60,000 nt of DNA from NCBI GenBank assembly GCA_013239625.1, contig MU053431.1, positions 1,578,485 to 1,638,484 on the forward strand. Reading direction: 5' to 3'. The first letter of the stretch is position 1; each line of letters starts with the position of its first letter. The translations under genes and the position numbers were made by a program. Of this stretch, positions 36,962 through 49,815 are shown piece after piece. The notes under the pieces are model-generated. The model did no database searches, was not told where the DNA came from, and worked only from the letters and a program-made list of their open reading frames with translations. This DNA comes from Lama guanicoe (taxonomy: Eukaryota).

Positions 36962-38838
36962 CTGTGGACGGGAGGCCGGTGTGAGCCGTGCCGGGGACCC
37001 AGGGCCCTCCTGCCACTCCGCTTGGCCCAGCGAGTGGCAGCCGGGATGGGAGGGAAGGACGCCGGACTCGGAACTGACTGGCTGACAGGTCGGGGGCCAC
37101 GGGGGGCCAGGTGAGACGGTCTCTGGGGGCTCAGGTCGTGAGGCCTGCCCGGGACAGGGACGGCCGTGATTCCTTGGCGCTTAGATCAGGTGCCCCACGA
37201 GCCCTGGGACAGGTCACCTCACCCTTCTGAGCCTCAGTTTCCCTGTCAGTAGAATGGGGGTGACCGCAGACCCACCACACGCCTGCTGTGGGTCAGACCG
37301 TTGTGAAGAGCCCGGAGGGACGTGAAGCTGGTTTTCTGCCGTGGTCCCTTTTCAGCTACCGATGCTGGGCCTTCACGCTGTGTCTCTGGGGTAGAGCAGC
37401 ACCTTCCATGAGGCCCCAGGCTGCACATTCAGGGGGCCCACCGGCCCCTCTGGGCACCTGCTTCCCAAGACCTGGGGCTCTGGGCACACAGTCAGCTCAA
37501 CAGCTCTCCACTGGACAGTGGGCTGCAGTGCCAGGTCACCCTGACCACACCGGCCTCTTGCTGCTGGAGCAAGACTGGACCTTCTGGAGCCTCTCAGGGG
37601 CTGGCCCTTTCCTCCTCCGCAATGCTCTGGCCTGGCCCAGTCCCCGCCCCTCACCGCGACAACAGCGATGCAGGGTCTTTACTCCCACCTCCCCGGGGCT
37701 CAGACCAAGCCACATCCGCTCTGGGGTTTCAGCCGCACCTCGGGGAGCCGGGAGAGAAGCCCATAAGGCCGCACACGCAAGATCCCCCCGAGGATGTGCG
37801 TCCTCTGCTCGGGGTCTCCGGCCCAGGACCAAGCCCGAGAGCAACCAAAGGCAAGACAACCAGACCAACCAAACCAGGCAGCAGAAGGGGTCTGTCCCGG
37901 GCTGGGGCCGAGCCGTCGGGGGCAGCGTGCTTCCCCGTCGGTCAGCGGTCTCTGGGGTCTTTCCTTCTGCAATGACCTTGTGGGCCACCTAGCCGACCCC
38001 CTCTCCCACCAGGCTTTCAGCCGGTCGAGGGCACAGGCTGCCCCCCAGAGTGGCCTGGGAGGGACAGTGGGGTCTGTCTGAAGCCCTCTGCACCAGTGGT
38101 TCCCAAGAAGACTCAGACCTGGAACCGCCTCATTGCCCTCCCCTCCCACAGGCTGCAGGCAGCCACCAGAGACCCCAGAGAGTTGCACCCTGTTCAGTCT
38201 CCGGCTCGGCCTCCAGGCTCCAGGCGAGACTCTGCCCCAGGATCCAGGAAAAAGGACCACAAGACAAGAAAGGGACGAAACCTTGGAGGCTCGAGAGGGA
38301 ACACAGGGCTGGAGCTCCCAGCCTGGCTGGGGAGACCTCATCCTCTTGCCAATGGCCACCAGACCTGACGTCCAGCCTCGCAGGGGTCTCCGGCTGTCTC
38401 CCTGGGGCGCCTGATGGGGGGGAAGACTTGTGCACTCACTGGCGTGGAGAGCGCTGGTGCCTGGCCCAGACCCCGCAGAAGAGGAAGGGACGTGGAGGCT
38501 GCAGCCCGGGGCAGACAGGGGGCACACTCTGAGGCAGGGACCCCAGCCCGAGTGCCCCACCCCAGGGGCCTGCAGCCACATCCTGGCCTTATCTACAGAG
38601 CAGCTGCTACTGGACACGATTCGAATCCCCCTCCTTGCCCCTCCCTCCCTTTAGCTGCATCTCCGTGCCGGGGAGCCGTGCACAAAGCGGAGGCCCCCTG
38701 CCCTCCCCGAGCCCACTGTCCAGCGTGAAGCAGGGTCTCCTTCCAGCCCTGCTGCTCGCCCCAGCCCGGGGTTCCCCTGGACCCCCCCACCCCAATCCAT
38801 CCACCTTCTCAAGGTGAGAGGAGGCCTTGGGACCTCCC

Positions 38839-39035
38839 CAGGGTTCCCAGATTTAGCAAACAAACAAACATAAGCAAACAGGATGCCCGCCTGGATGTGA
38901 ATTTCAGATAAGCAGCAAATACTTTGCATAAGTTCACCCCATGCAACATTTGGGACACACTTGTACTAAAATGCTACTCACTGTTTATCTGAAACGCACA
39001 TCGACTGTGTGTCCTGTGTTTATCTTGTGACCCTA
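38839..39035. mobile_element. MER53-like palindromic MITE (non-autonomous DNA transposon) in GATA5 intron 3
   Basis: Ends agggttcccagat and atcttgtgaccct. Internal inverted arms ttcagataa/ttatctgaa and acaggatgcc/gtgtcctgt around the centre cccatgcaacatttggg. Confidence 0.82.
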
Positions 39036-42000
39036 ACCTGCCTTCTTCGGCTCCCGCCACCATCCCAGCTCCTGCTGTGCCTTCGGACCAGAAGGAACCA
39101 AGGCCTGAGGCCCCTCCCTGTTCCCTCAGGCACTTCTACCAGCCTTCGCTGCCTTAGAGTTCACACTGCCATCCCACGTTCCAAGAAAACTTCAGCGTCA
39201 CTGAAAGTGGGAAGCACAACACGAGGACGCTGTTTCCTTGGCCGTCAGGCCACTTCCTACTAACATCCTTCCTGCAGGAATCTCCCACGAGGGCGTAAAG
39301 GGACCCATGCAAAGACTCAACCCCAGCGTTGCTTCCGCCTGCCCGCTCAGAGGGGGCGCGCACGTGGGCACACCTGCAGACGCACACACCCGGGGCGCCC
39401 CCCGCAGCCGCCGGGGCGCGGAGGGAAAAGCAGAGCTACGTTCCGATGGGGTTGTGCCTGCAGCACGCCACCCCAGCATGCGAACCCATCCCCTGTCACC
39501 TGGGAGGAGAGGTGAAAAATCTGGAAGCCACCTCTGAATCCTTCTTCAGTGAGCATAAATTAAAATCAAGAAATTGGAAATTAGGTTAAAATCAAGAAAG
39601 TGGTAAAAAAAAGAATGATCATGAAAAAATTCTTAAAGTCCCCACTCACTTACTCTTTCCTGGCCCCTCACCAGACTGCGTTCTATGGAGGAAGGCTGAG
39701 GCTCCGAAATACTGAGGGGCCAGCGGCGCAGGGGTCGTCCCGGGGTGGACAGGACACGTTCCTGGCGCCGTTCACACCCCTCAGGCACCGGAGCTTCCTC
39801 GTCCTTCCTCATTCACTGTCAGGACAAGCGGCCAGGCTGGGCCACTCTCAGGGCCCCCAAACCGCCAGGCCTCTCCCAGCTGCATTTTGTTTTTCTTTTT
39901 TGCTCTGCTCTTTCCAAAGGATGTTGAGCTTCAAAGCCTGTTGCAGAGCCACCCTGAGCTCCAGGACCATCTGAACATCCAGAGAGACCAGGGTGGGGGC
40001 AGCATGGAGCTGGGCGGGGGGCTGCTGTTGGAGATGTGAGGGGCACAGGAGAGGGAAGGGTGGGGGGGTGGTTGGAGGGGGGTGGCCAGCTCACATGGGG
40101 ACGTGCTTTGGAAAGTAAAAACTGCAGATTGGAGAGCAGCAAAGACAAACCCATTTCAAACGGGCCTCTGGACGCTTTTGGAAGAGGAGCGTGAGGACAC
40201 TTAGCCTGACAATGGGCCAGTGTCCCTCGCTGCTCAGGGCAAGTTGTGACAGGGACCAGAGCCTGTGAGGCGGGGCTGTGTAGGAAGGGACACCCAGGTC
40301 GGTGAGCAGCGGAGGACACTGGGCCCTAGGGGCACTGGCCGCTTTCCAGAGCTGGTGCCAGAACTGGCTGTGGGCTAACAGGCCTGCCATCCGCTGACCT
40401 TGGCCGCCTGGCTCCGATGTTCATGGGCCAGGCCTGGCTGAGTGGCGCGTGGAATTCACCTGGCCATAGGCACAGGCGCATCGGGGTCAGTGGAACCACC
40501 TCGATCATCCCTGCTCGTCTACACTGACGGAAGCCTCGGGTCAAAGGTGTGACCCTACTCCCACAGCGTAAGTCCGAGGATGCACGCGGGAGGCAGGGGG
40601 TAAAAACGACACGGGTTCCTGCTGGGTTCCTGTTGGGGGCGGAGGCACGTTTGCTACTGTCCCCCTCCTATGCTCTCGGCGGCAAGCTTCTAGGACGTTT
40701 GTAGTTATTTGAAAAATGGATACGTTCTCCCTGGAGAGGCCCCTCCTGGGGCGTCAGTTCAGCTCACGCACGAGAGAGGGAGGCACCGGCGTGGGGGCAA
40801 GTCTGGGTGACCAGCCACGTGGACTGGGCTCTTGTCTCAGGTCTCGGAGGATCTTGGGGTTTTCACAGCGAGCCTGGCCATGCCAGGACCAGCCACCGGG
40901 CGAGCAGTGGGGCCCCCCTCCCTGAGTGACAGGCAGGAACCCTGTGGCAAGTCAGAGGAGCCCTCTGGGATCTGCTCAGGGAGAGATGGAGAGCCGAGGG
41001 GCTGTGTGAACGCCCCCGACCTCAGCCCCACTCGGCAAACACTCCCTGGGTGTGTCCCACACTCAGATCTGTGTAGGCCCTGTGGCCTCGGGGAGGTGAG
41101 CACGCACACACCTTAGGAGGCACCCCAAAGTTGATTCTTCCATATCCTTAAACTAGGAAACAAAGACCTCACAGGCCAAGTGCCGGACCCAGCCCACCCA
41201 CGGCCTGGGGCACGGCTCGTCCACGCGCTCTGAACATGCCGTCTAATTTATCTTTCCGGCGGGCAAGGGGGCAGTTCCTGAGTTCATCTCACGGGGCTGG
41301 GCACGAAGGTCCAGGTCAGGGGCAGGGGGCTTAGGGGAGTTGGGAGCCCACGGGAGACCGAGGCCACAGGCCTGGGCCAAACCTGGGTCTGCCGCTTGCA
41401 GGCCGCGAGCCCAGGGAAGTGGCTCAGCATCTTGGAGCCCCGGGGGGTCATCTGGCTGCTGTGAAGGTAAAAGCCTCAACGCTTAGATGGTGGCCCTTGC
41501 CCGCCCACCCCTCAAGCCAGAGATTTTCTGCTGGGAGGTGAGCCCTTTGAGGGGTGGGGGCCGAGGTGGAGCGGGCCCACATCTCCTGTTCACCAGCCTG
41601 TCCTTGGCACCCAGTTCAGGGCTTGGCCCGGGGAGCATGCAGGGAGTCAGAGGAGGGGGCTGGCCTGCTGCCTGGGGTCAGGAGGTCTAGGCTGCTGTCC
41701 CCCAGGACCCTCTCCTCTTAACCTCAGTCTCCCCCTCACTGAGGCCACGCCAGATACCGGGCCAGTGAGGCACACCTGGGCTTGGGGCGTGGTCACAGGG
41801 CAGAGACCGAAGGGGTGAGGTAGACTCGGAGGGTCCTCCCTCTCTCCCTCCGAGAGGCACGGCATGGGTGGGGGGAGGCTGGGGGACCAGCAGAACCCCA
41901 AACTCCAGGCAAAATCAGAGGAAGAAAAACAGCGACTGCCCTCAAGCTGCAGGACCCAGAGTCAGTCTTGCTTCCTGCCTGCCCAGGCTGGGGCCTCGAA

Positions 42001-42917
42001 GAGTCTGGCCCTGGCGCTGTCATAGCCAGGGCTTCAAGCTCCCAGTAAAGGACAACAACCAACTGCTCTGACGCCCAGACCAGCGACCGCCGCAGCTGGC
42101 TGGGTTGGCCCGGCACCCGGCAGCGAAAGCCCACCCACGCGCCCCCGGGGCCCGACACACCAGAACCAGCCAGCTGGGCCTGACGGCGCTCACACCAGCC
42201 TTAGCCCAGAAACACAGCCCTGCCCAGGCCTGGCACCGGGAGCCACTGCGGCCTCGCTGTCTGCACGTCTGGCCAACCTCGGCAGGCCTACCACTCATCT
42301 GCAAACTGACTTGAACATCAAAGTTCGCCCGTGAAACAGTAGAGTATAAAGTATCTCTAAACCTTGACGCAGCTTCTGGGGACTCTGCCCTGCTGGGGGC
42401 AAAAGTCGGGCTCCCAGTCCCCTACTCCCCACCCAGACACACACCAGAAGGAACCAAAAGTGAAAACAGCTTTCGCCCAGCAAACAACCACAGACCTGGT
42501 CTCCTCCCATCCCTGCAGCACTGTAGAAAGTCCCCTCCCCTGGAGGGCTCAGCGTTCCCCAACAAAGCATGTGGCCAGCAGCCCCTCCCCCGAGCCCCTC
42601 CCTGGGGCCAGGCCACCCCAACCCTGCCCTGCTCCCCACCACCGCCTGGCCAGCCCGAAGCCCCAGGCAGCCTTGGAGCCGCAAGTCTGACCCCCAGAGG
42701 GCCCATGGAAGTTCCCCTGCCCAGCAGGTCCCAGCCCACTCAGGGGCAGAGGAGCCTTTCTGGGACGCTCGGCAGACACTGCGGGTGCACAGCCCCAAGC
42801 GCAGGGGCCCGCAGCAGTGGGCCAGGCTCGGTCATCCCGGCCTGGGCCTCCTGCTTCCCAGAGAGCTCCCCGTGGGCTCCCCGGCCCCCTCCTGCCCCGC
42901 GGCCGCCCAGCACTCAC

Positions 42918-43093
42918 CAGGCGCTTCTGCGGCCGCACCAGTGGCCGGTTGACGCCGTTCATCTTGTGGTAGAGGCCGCAGGCGTTGCACAGGTAGTGGC
43001 CGGTGCCGTCCCGGCGCCACAGCGGGGTGGACAGGGCCCCACAGTTGACGCACTCGCGACCCTCACCGGGAAACTCCTCCAGGAAGTCGGACG
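42918..43093 (-). CDS. GATA5: GATA5 exon 3, N-terminal GATA zinc finger
   Basis: [58 protein letters not shown]. Acceptor ctcccgcag|, donor CTG|gtgagt. 176 nt. Confidence 0.98.
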
Positions 43094-44258
43094 CTGCGGG
43101 AGGGCAGCGGGAGGGTGAGGCTCTGCCCAAGCCCACAGCACTTGGCCCTTTCTTCCCTTTTTGTGCCTTTACTTTAGTTTGTTTCAAAATTTATTTTCTC
43201 TAATTTTATTTCTAACTTTCAATTTACATACAGTGAAGTTTGTGCCGGATTTAAATAACTCATTAGGGCTGCTTTATAAGGTGGGGGGAGGGTTACTAAA
43301 TCCAGCCTCTGGGCGGTGACGGGGAACTGCCTGTAAATGGGGGTCCAGCACCAGCATTGGTGATTCTGATCCCTGGGGAGGCGGGAGCCTTGTCCTCTGC
43401 AAAGTGGGTCGATCTGGAGGGGCAGTGGTGGTGAGGCTGAATCAGACCAGATCCTACAAGGACCAGAGTCACTGTCCCCTACTTGAGTGGTGCACACGGC
43501 CACGATGGTGAGGACTCCTGGCCCCCTCCAGACTGGGGCAGGGACTGGAGACACTTGGGCGCCGGGGGCCCTGGGTGGAGGCGGGGCAGGGATCAATCAT
43601 CACCACTGGGCGTGGGCGCCAAGTGGATCCCGCTTCCTGCACAGAGGAGCTGGGGGCTGGGGTGGGGGCCAAGTCTAAAGACTGCGGCAGCAAAAAAAGG
43701 CATGGTCCTCGGCTCGGGATGGGGTAGGAAAGTGTCGGTGGCACCCACTACTCAGAAGGCGGGGATGGGGAGCATTCCCCTCTGTACAGGCCTGGAATCC
43801 GATTACTCAAATTTATACCCTGGAGAGCGATTGGAACTGGGTCTCAAGTTGGAATACATTAACATCCTAGAACAGAGACGAGTGTGGCAGTTTTCTTAAA
43901 TAAACCAGTATTTCGAACTCTTAGAAAATAATTTTCAAAACTTCTCATAAAAACGTTTAAGATGCAGGCTCCAAATGGTGTGATCCCAGAATACTGGGTT
44001 CAGGTGAATGAAAGGCAGAAGGAAATTCAGAGCTGGGGTTTTCATCTCGGGGCGGGTGAGCTTGTGGCAGCCGCTGGGTTCCACCCAGGTTTCCATGTCC
44101 CCAGAGTTCTGGGCCGCCCTATGCTGGTGCCCGACCTGGCTGAGAAAGCCCTGATTGGGGGGCGGCAGGCATTTCGCAGGGTGCGGGTTTGCATCACAGG
44201 ACGTTGGGCGGGCACCCAGACTCTAGTCAGTGGAGCCGCCTCCCAGTCCTGCACTCAC

Positions 44259-44799
44259 CGAAGGCGGTTCTGCGGCCGGGGAGCCCAGCTGGGCGGCCCT
44301 GCAGGCTGTGCAGGACGCTGCCGTCCAAGGGTCCAGAGGTCCAAGACGGGGCCACATCGGTGCTCACGTAGGCTGGGTATGCAGCAGGGTACGAGGAGCC
44401 CACCGGCCGCCCGAGCAGGGCCGGGTATTGCTCTCGAGCCAGCATTGCGCCCTGGTAGGCGCCGCTGTCCCGGGCCCCTGGGCCGCCACCGCCGGGCCCC
44501 GGGGGGCTGGGCGCAAAGGGGAAAGCGGTGGCGCCGGGCGGCTGAGCGGCCGGCGGGTGCGGGCTGCCGGGGCCGAAAGAAGACGAGTCCGCCGCGGCCG
44601 CCTGCGCCCAGCCGGGGTGCGCGGCGAGCGCGGGGGGCTGCGGGCCTGGCTCACACGCAGACAGGTAGGGCAGCATGGAAGGGACGCGCGCCGGCGGAGC
44701 GAACACGGGGGAGCCCGCGCCCGGCGGGGGCAGAAAGGCGCCCGAGTCCGCGTAGGCGGCCTGACCCGGGCTCGGGGCCAGCGCCAGGCTCTGGTACAT
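44259..44799 (-). CDS. GATA5: GATA5 first coding exon (exon 2), N-terminal transactivation region
   Basis: Translates [23 protein letters not shown]...[16 protein letters not shown]..., the GATA4/5/6-type N-terminus. Acceptor ttctctgcag| (exon starts at 44820, 21 nt before the ATG). Donor TTCG|gtgagt at 44259. 541 coding nt, phase 1. Confidence 0.97.
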
Positions 44800-45172
44800 C
44801 GTCCCTGGCGCGGCCTTGACCTGCAGAGAAGAGGGACGGGCGTCGGAGTCCTGGCCGCTGTGCCCCGCAGGTGATGTCGCTCAGGCCGCGATCCCTGCTC
44901 CCCAGCCCCGGCCGTTCTTGGGGCGGGTCCCGGAACCCGCAGGGGCAGAACTGCAGGGGCGGCGGGGCGGCTCGGAGCGGCCCCATGGGGCATCGCCGGC
45001 ACAGCCGGAACGCCGAGATCACCTCCTCCACAGCCAGGGCGTCACAGGTTCCCGAGTGGGCTCGGCGGGTGCCGAGGAGGAGAGGCCCGGCAGGTCCGCG
45101 GGGCGCAGGGTCTGGGACAAGGCGCGAGGCCGGGAAGGGGCGCGCGGCGCCAGGCAGGGCTGGGGTACTCAC

Positions 45173-45260
45173 CGGCTGACCGCGAGGACCAGAGGGCGCG
45201 GCGCGCGCGGCGGGCTGCGACGGCTGGAGACTGGGAGACGGGGTCCGTGCGCTTCCACAG
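45173..45260 (-). other. GATA5: Probable non-coding exon 1 of GATA5 (5' end approximate)
   Basis: Strong donor CCG|gtgagt at 45173 inside the CpG island, about 350 nt upstream of the exon 2 acceptor. Confidence 0.7.
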
Positions 45261-45313
45261 GGAATCCCGGGCGCCCGGATCCCGCGGGGTCAGCCCGGGG
45301 CTGCGGCCAAGGT

Positions 45314-45323
45314 GGCACGTGAC
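45314..45323 (-). promoter_or_regulatory. USF-type E-box (GTCACGTG) in the GATA5 proximal promoter
   Basis: ggCACGTGac with the core at 45316-45321, just upstream of putative exon 1. E-box/USF control of GATA4/5 promoters is known from other mammals. Confidence 0.6.
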
Positions 45324-47059
45324 CGGAGCAGGCAGGGCGCGCGGGGCTCCCGCGGGAAAGGCGACGGAACGCTGGGCGCGGGGCACCCAGCGCCGAGTCC
45401 CGGCCAGCGCCGGCCTCAGGAACCGGCCAGGTGCTCCGTGGGGCCCCGGAGTACTCCCGGAGTGGAGACGTCTAAATTTGTTCCGGAGATTCTTAAGTTT
45501 CCAGCCCTCCTTCCTCGCCAGTCCCAGGTTCCCCCTAAGACTGGCTAAATGTCTGGTGCCCTGTCTATGGATGAGTCCCTGACCCTGGCTTCATGCGTTC
45601 AGTGATGTAGAGGTGGTGGGGACCCCTCGCTGACCTCTGGTCTGGGGTCCAGAACAGAGCTCCGGCTTCCAAAGGGACTTTCTAGCTCCTTTTCCCTGGA
45701 CTCAAACCCGTGAGCCACAACCCTGCATGTGCACAGTCTGGCGGAATCCCAGTCTCCTCAGTTTCTGACCAAGAAGGCAACTACCATACTTGCTCCCAGT
45801 TGCGGGGCGCAGGTCAGGTTGGCAGGCTCCATCGGCATGCACTTCCCTTCCGCAAGGTCACCGCCCAGGTCCCTGCCTCCACCCCTACGTGGGACTTTCA
45901 CTTGGTCCTGGGGGTTTCCCAAAGTGGCACCAGAAATGTGGGATGGGTGGGAGGCCCCCTGGGTCTGGAGGTGGCCCCTGGCACTTCCTGGGTGGGCTCG
46001 ATGGTGCCAGCACCTCGGAGAAACAGGTCTCCCAGGCAGCTTCACTGGAATTACCAGCACTCTCCGAGTGCACAGCAGGCTCTGGGTGACAAGGCTGGGT
46101 GAGAGCAGGGCTCACCAGGTGGCCCTTGGCCTCGGTGCTTGGTGCTCGGGGCCATGAATGTTTTTCGTTTGCAGAAACGGGCTGTCCCTTCTGTTGTGTC
46201 AAGGATGGACTGCAGGCCAGGGCACTTTCAGCCTGTAGAGGGGTGGGGAGGCCTGGCACTCTCTCCTCTCCATGTGCTCCAGAACCAGACCAGAATTCAG
46301 GGCACATTTTGGGCCACTCAGGGGCTCTGGAAGGTGGTAGGCAAGGCGCCTACTCTCATCCTGGGTAGGGGGTCCCACAGAAGGTTCCAGGCGGCTCCGG
46401 ACTCTTCACAAGCCTGTGTGTGCCACTGGGAGGGGAAGTAGGGTCTCAGGTACCCCCTTTATGCTCTGCTCCTTGCCCCTCCCCCCATGCTCACCCACTG
46501 AGGGTCACTCCATCCTCTCCCGCCCTCAGGGCCCTGGGTCCACGATGCTGCGATGGGCTCCCATGGTACCGACTCCCTACGCGCTCCCCTCTGGGATCCG
46601 AACTGGTCCCACCCCGCCCCGCCCCAATCCCTCCAGACCTCGCCAGTGGGTCTCCTGTCTTTCTCTTTTTCATGGTGAGCCCCAGGATAGCCCAGAGAGG
46701 TCCGGGTGCACTCAGGGGCCCTGCATGGCTGGAGAACGCGGTCTCCCTGGTGAGGTCCACCTGCAGACCCAGCAGCTGTGCTAGGGCCACAGCGCAGTGA
46801 CGCTGGTTGAGCCCTCGCTGCTTCCGCGGCCCTCGGAGCCCCGAGGAGAGAGTTTGAATGACATGGGGAGATGCCCTGCCAGCTCCGGGGGTGAGGAGGA
46901 AAGAGGAGAGTCACCTTGCCGGGAGTTGAGACATCCCCTCCACCCTGCCAAAAAAGGGTTCAGATGAGAATGGAAGATACCTGGGACCCTGCTGGGGGGG
47001 AGGGGCTGGTGTTCTCACCTGGAGACACGAACACCCGGGGGGGTGCTGTGCTTTGCCCT

Positions 47060-47200
47060 GTGATGCTTCCGTTTGATTCTCACACCGACCCTCATTAAGG
47101 TAGAGAAGCTTATTATTGTTACTATTACAGATGGGGAAATAGGACACAGAGAGGTTAGATACCCCGCCAAGGTCACACATTGGTAAACAAGGTGGTTAAA
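47060..47200 (-). mobile_element. MIR fragment about 1.9 kb upstream of GATA5
   Basis: ttacagatggggaaataggacacagagaggttag...ccaaggtcacaca. Confidence 0.7.
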
Positions 47201-49639
47201 ACTGGAAGGACGCAAAACGTACGCAAGGAAGCCGTCTCCAGCCACTTCTCCTGTATTAATAAACCTCTTAAATGGACATTTAAGAAAATAATTAAAAGGC
47301 TGAGACTATTTCCTGAGGTGGGGGTGGGGTGGCAGAAGCCGCCTCTAAATCCCTGGTCTCTCCGGAAGATTGAGGCGTTGAAGGCACGTCCCAGGCTGGC
47401 CCGGACGAGGGCTCTCTGTGGGGTGCCAGGGCTGTGCTGCTGCTCGGGGAGTCTCAGTGTGCAGCAGCCGCTCCAGGTGGGATGTGGGCTCTCGCCCCCG
47501 GAGCAGTAGAAGCAGAGGCTGCTGGTGGGATTTCCTCATCCGATCAGCTGACACCTGCTGATGCTTGCCAGCCATGGGGCACAGTGACAGGGTGAGGGGC
47601 ACTGGTATCTGTGCAGCGTCTGGACGCCTTCACGATCTCTTCTCCTTGAACCAAAAAGTGAGGTGTCTCAGCTGAAACTCAAAGCCAAGTTCTCTCCCCA
47701 CTTGCCCACACCTTGCCCAGCCTCCCTCACCCGCCAAGTCACTTTCTCAGGCTAAGGACCTGTCATCCTTCTGTGCAACTGCCCCAGCCAGGCTCCTTGG
47801 GCTCCTCCGGAGGGAGCCAGGTGCCCCAGTCCACCAGGACCTCACTTTCCCCGCCAGCCCATCTGCTGTAAGCTGCCTGTGCCCTGGCCCTTTGCCCGTG
47901 CTGCTCCTCAACTAGGGGGACCCTTCCTCTGCCTTCTCTACTTGCTGGACTCCTATACATCCCTCAGCACCCTGCTCGCAAGTCCCCTCCTTTCTGTGGC
48001 CTTCCCCATGCAGTACTCTCTCCCCTGCCTTCTGCCTCATCATGCTTTGTGGCTGTGCGTCCCTGCCTTGCCTCCCCACCAGACCCTGAGCCTCTGTGTC
48101 TCCGTTCAGCTGTGAGGTGGGGGTGTCAGTCGTGCCCACTCCTCACACTGGCTTTGGGCGCAGTTAGCGGGAAAAAGAGCTGCAGCATCTACCTGGGATG
48201 TGCACAGAGTGGGTGCTCGGCAGGCACCGGGCAAAAGCTGAAGGGAAGCCAGGTGAGGGGAGCAGAGGGCTGGGCCCCAGGATCTCGCTGCAGCCAGGTG
48301 GAGGTGGTGGAGCTGTGTGCTGGGGCCCTGAGAACGGGGCTGCTGGGATGGGCAAGGGAGGCAGGGAGGAATTCGTGACCCTCTGCGCCCCCAGGCTTCT
48401 CTCTCTGGCCAGGGGGAAGCAGCTCTGAGGTGGGGACCCTACCCCAGGCCTCGGGCAGATTAGAGGGTTGGCTTGTTAACCCCCTGGTGACCAGACAGAG
48501 CTGTGTTCCGTGATTCCAGGACATGAGTGGTTGCCTGTGGGGGCCTTGGGGAAAGTGATGGCCTGGGCGGAGGGGCTGGGGTGGGGGCAGGCTCCCGTGT
48601 CTGCTACGGGGACGGACCCTGGTGTTTGCGACTTGCCCAGCAGCTGCCTCTTAACTCAGACACGTCAGTGACAAGAGAAGACGGACCTGGGAGAGCAAGG
48701 TGGGCGGTCAGGGCCTCTGGGCCAGCTCCCAGGGGGGGACCCAGGACTCTCCCTGGGGCCGCAGGGCAGCCCCAGGGCCATCCGCCCCTCACAGGGAGGG
48801 CCCCATCAGGGCCCCTGCTGCACACACACCGACTTGTGGCCACGCGGGGCTTTGAGCTCTGGGGAGGCAGTGTCCGTCCAGCCCTGGGAAGGGTGCAGTG
48901 CCCAGGAACTAGCTCCTTAGCGTGGGGTTGTCTGGGTGACCTGCACAAGTGGGCCTGAACCTGGCCTCCCTGAACCCCAGCCCCGGGGGTCTGCCCTTCC
49001 TGTAAGTGGGGTATCAAGGAAGGATGCCTGGGTAGGCTGTGCCGGCGGGGGGGGGGGTGCTGGAGGTGGGGATAGGCGGAGAGGTCTGTGTCCTCCCCAG
49101 TTATTCAGGTAAGCCCCATGACCTCTGGTCCCAGGGCGGGGTTGGTGGGCCTAGTTCAAAGACCCCCTCCTTCTCCCTGTACCTGGAGGCCCCTCCTCCC
49201 CCAGGCTCCACCCTTGCAGAGCAGAGTGCCCTGGAGTGTCTGCTGCCCTGGGAGCCTCAGAATGTCTTCAGGTCCTGCTGCCCTGGGAAGATGAGGCATA
49301 GTCTCTGTGGAGGAGTCCAAGACTCCAATACCAACCAGAGCCGCAGAACCCACCACAGTGAGGGGCTCGAGGCTGGGGACCCTCCGGGCACACCTGGTAG
49401 GGGCTGGGGGAGCCTGGCGCACTGGATGTGGGAGCCACACAGGTGCAAGACGTCACTGTGGACACGTAGGGGTGTGCACCTGTGCCCTCTCCTGCAGGTA
49501 CGGTCCAGCCCAAGGGCCCCTGGCTGAGGCAGGGGCGGTGACTGCCCGGGGGAGGGCCCCCAAGCTGAGGCTGCTGTGTCATCGTCGTGGTCACCACCGC
49601 TGCTTGGTGTTTCCTGGGTGTCCCTCGTGCCGGGCTGGG

Positions 49640-49815
49640 CCCAGGAGCATCTGTGTTTTAACTCCTTTCATGCTCACAGCCATCTGGAGAGCTGGGGCAA
49701 TTCCTGTGAGCTGTCACGCCCATTTCACAGATGGGAGAAGTGAGGCCTGGACAGAAAGGACTTGTCCGAGGGCCAGGGCTGGGCAGAGGCTGAGACGGGA
49801 TTCGAACCAGCTCTT
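49640..49815 (-). mobile_element. MIR fragment
   Basis: cccatttcacagatgggagaagtgaggc...gacttgtccgagg...gggattcgaacc. Confidence 0.65.

Larger units (their letters stand above)
44250..45460. promoter_or_regulatory. CpG island spanning the GATA5 promoter, exon 1 and exon 2
   Basis: Very dense CG dinucleotides (e.g. gggcgcggcgcgcgcggcggg) across about 1.2 kb. Confidence 0.9.

Noticed and set aside
40050..40085. G-quadruplex-like G-runs (also ~2391 and ~49047)
   Set aside because: G-runs are ubiquitous at this GC content; nothing singles these out.
43962..44874. Long ORFs antisense to GATA5 exon 2
   Set aside because: Expected shadow ORFs of a very GC-rich coding exon and CpG island.
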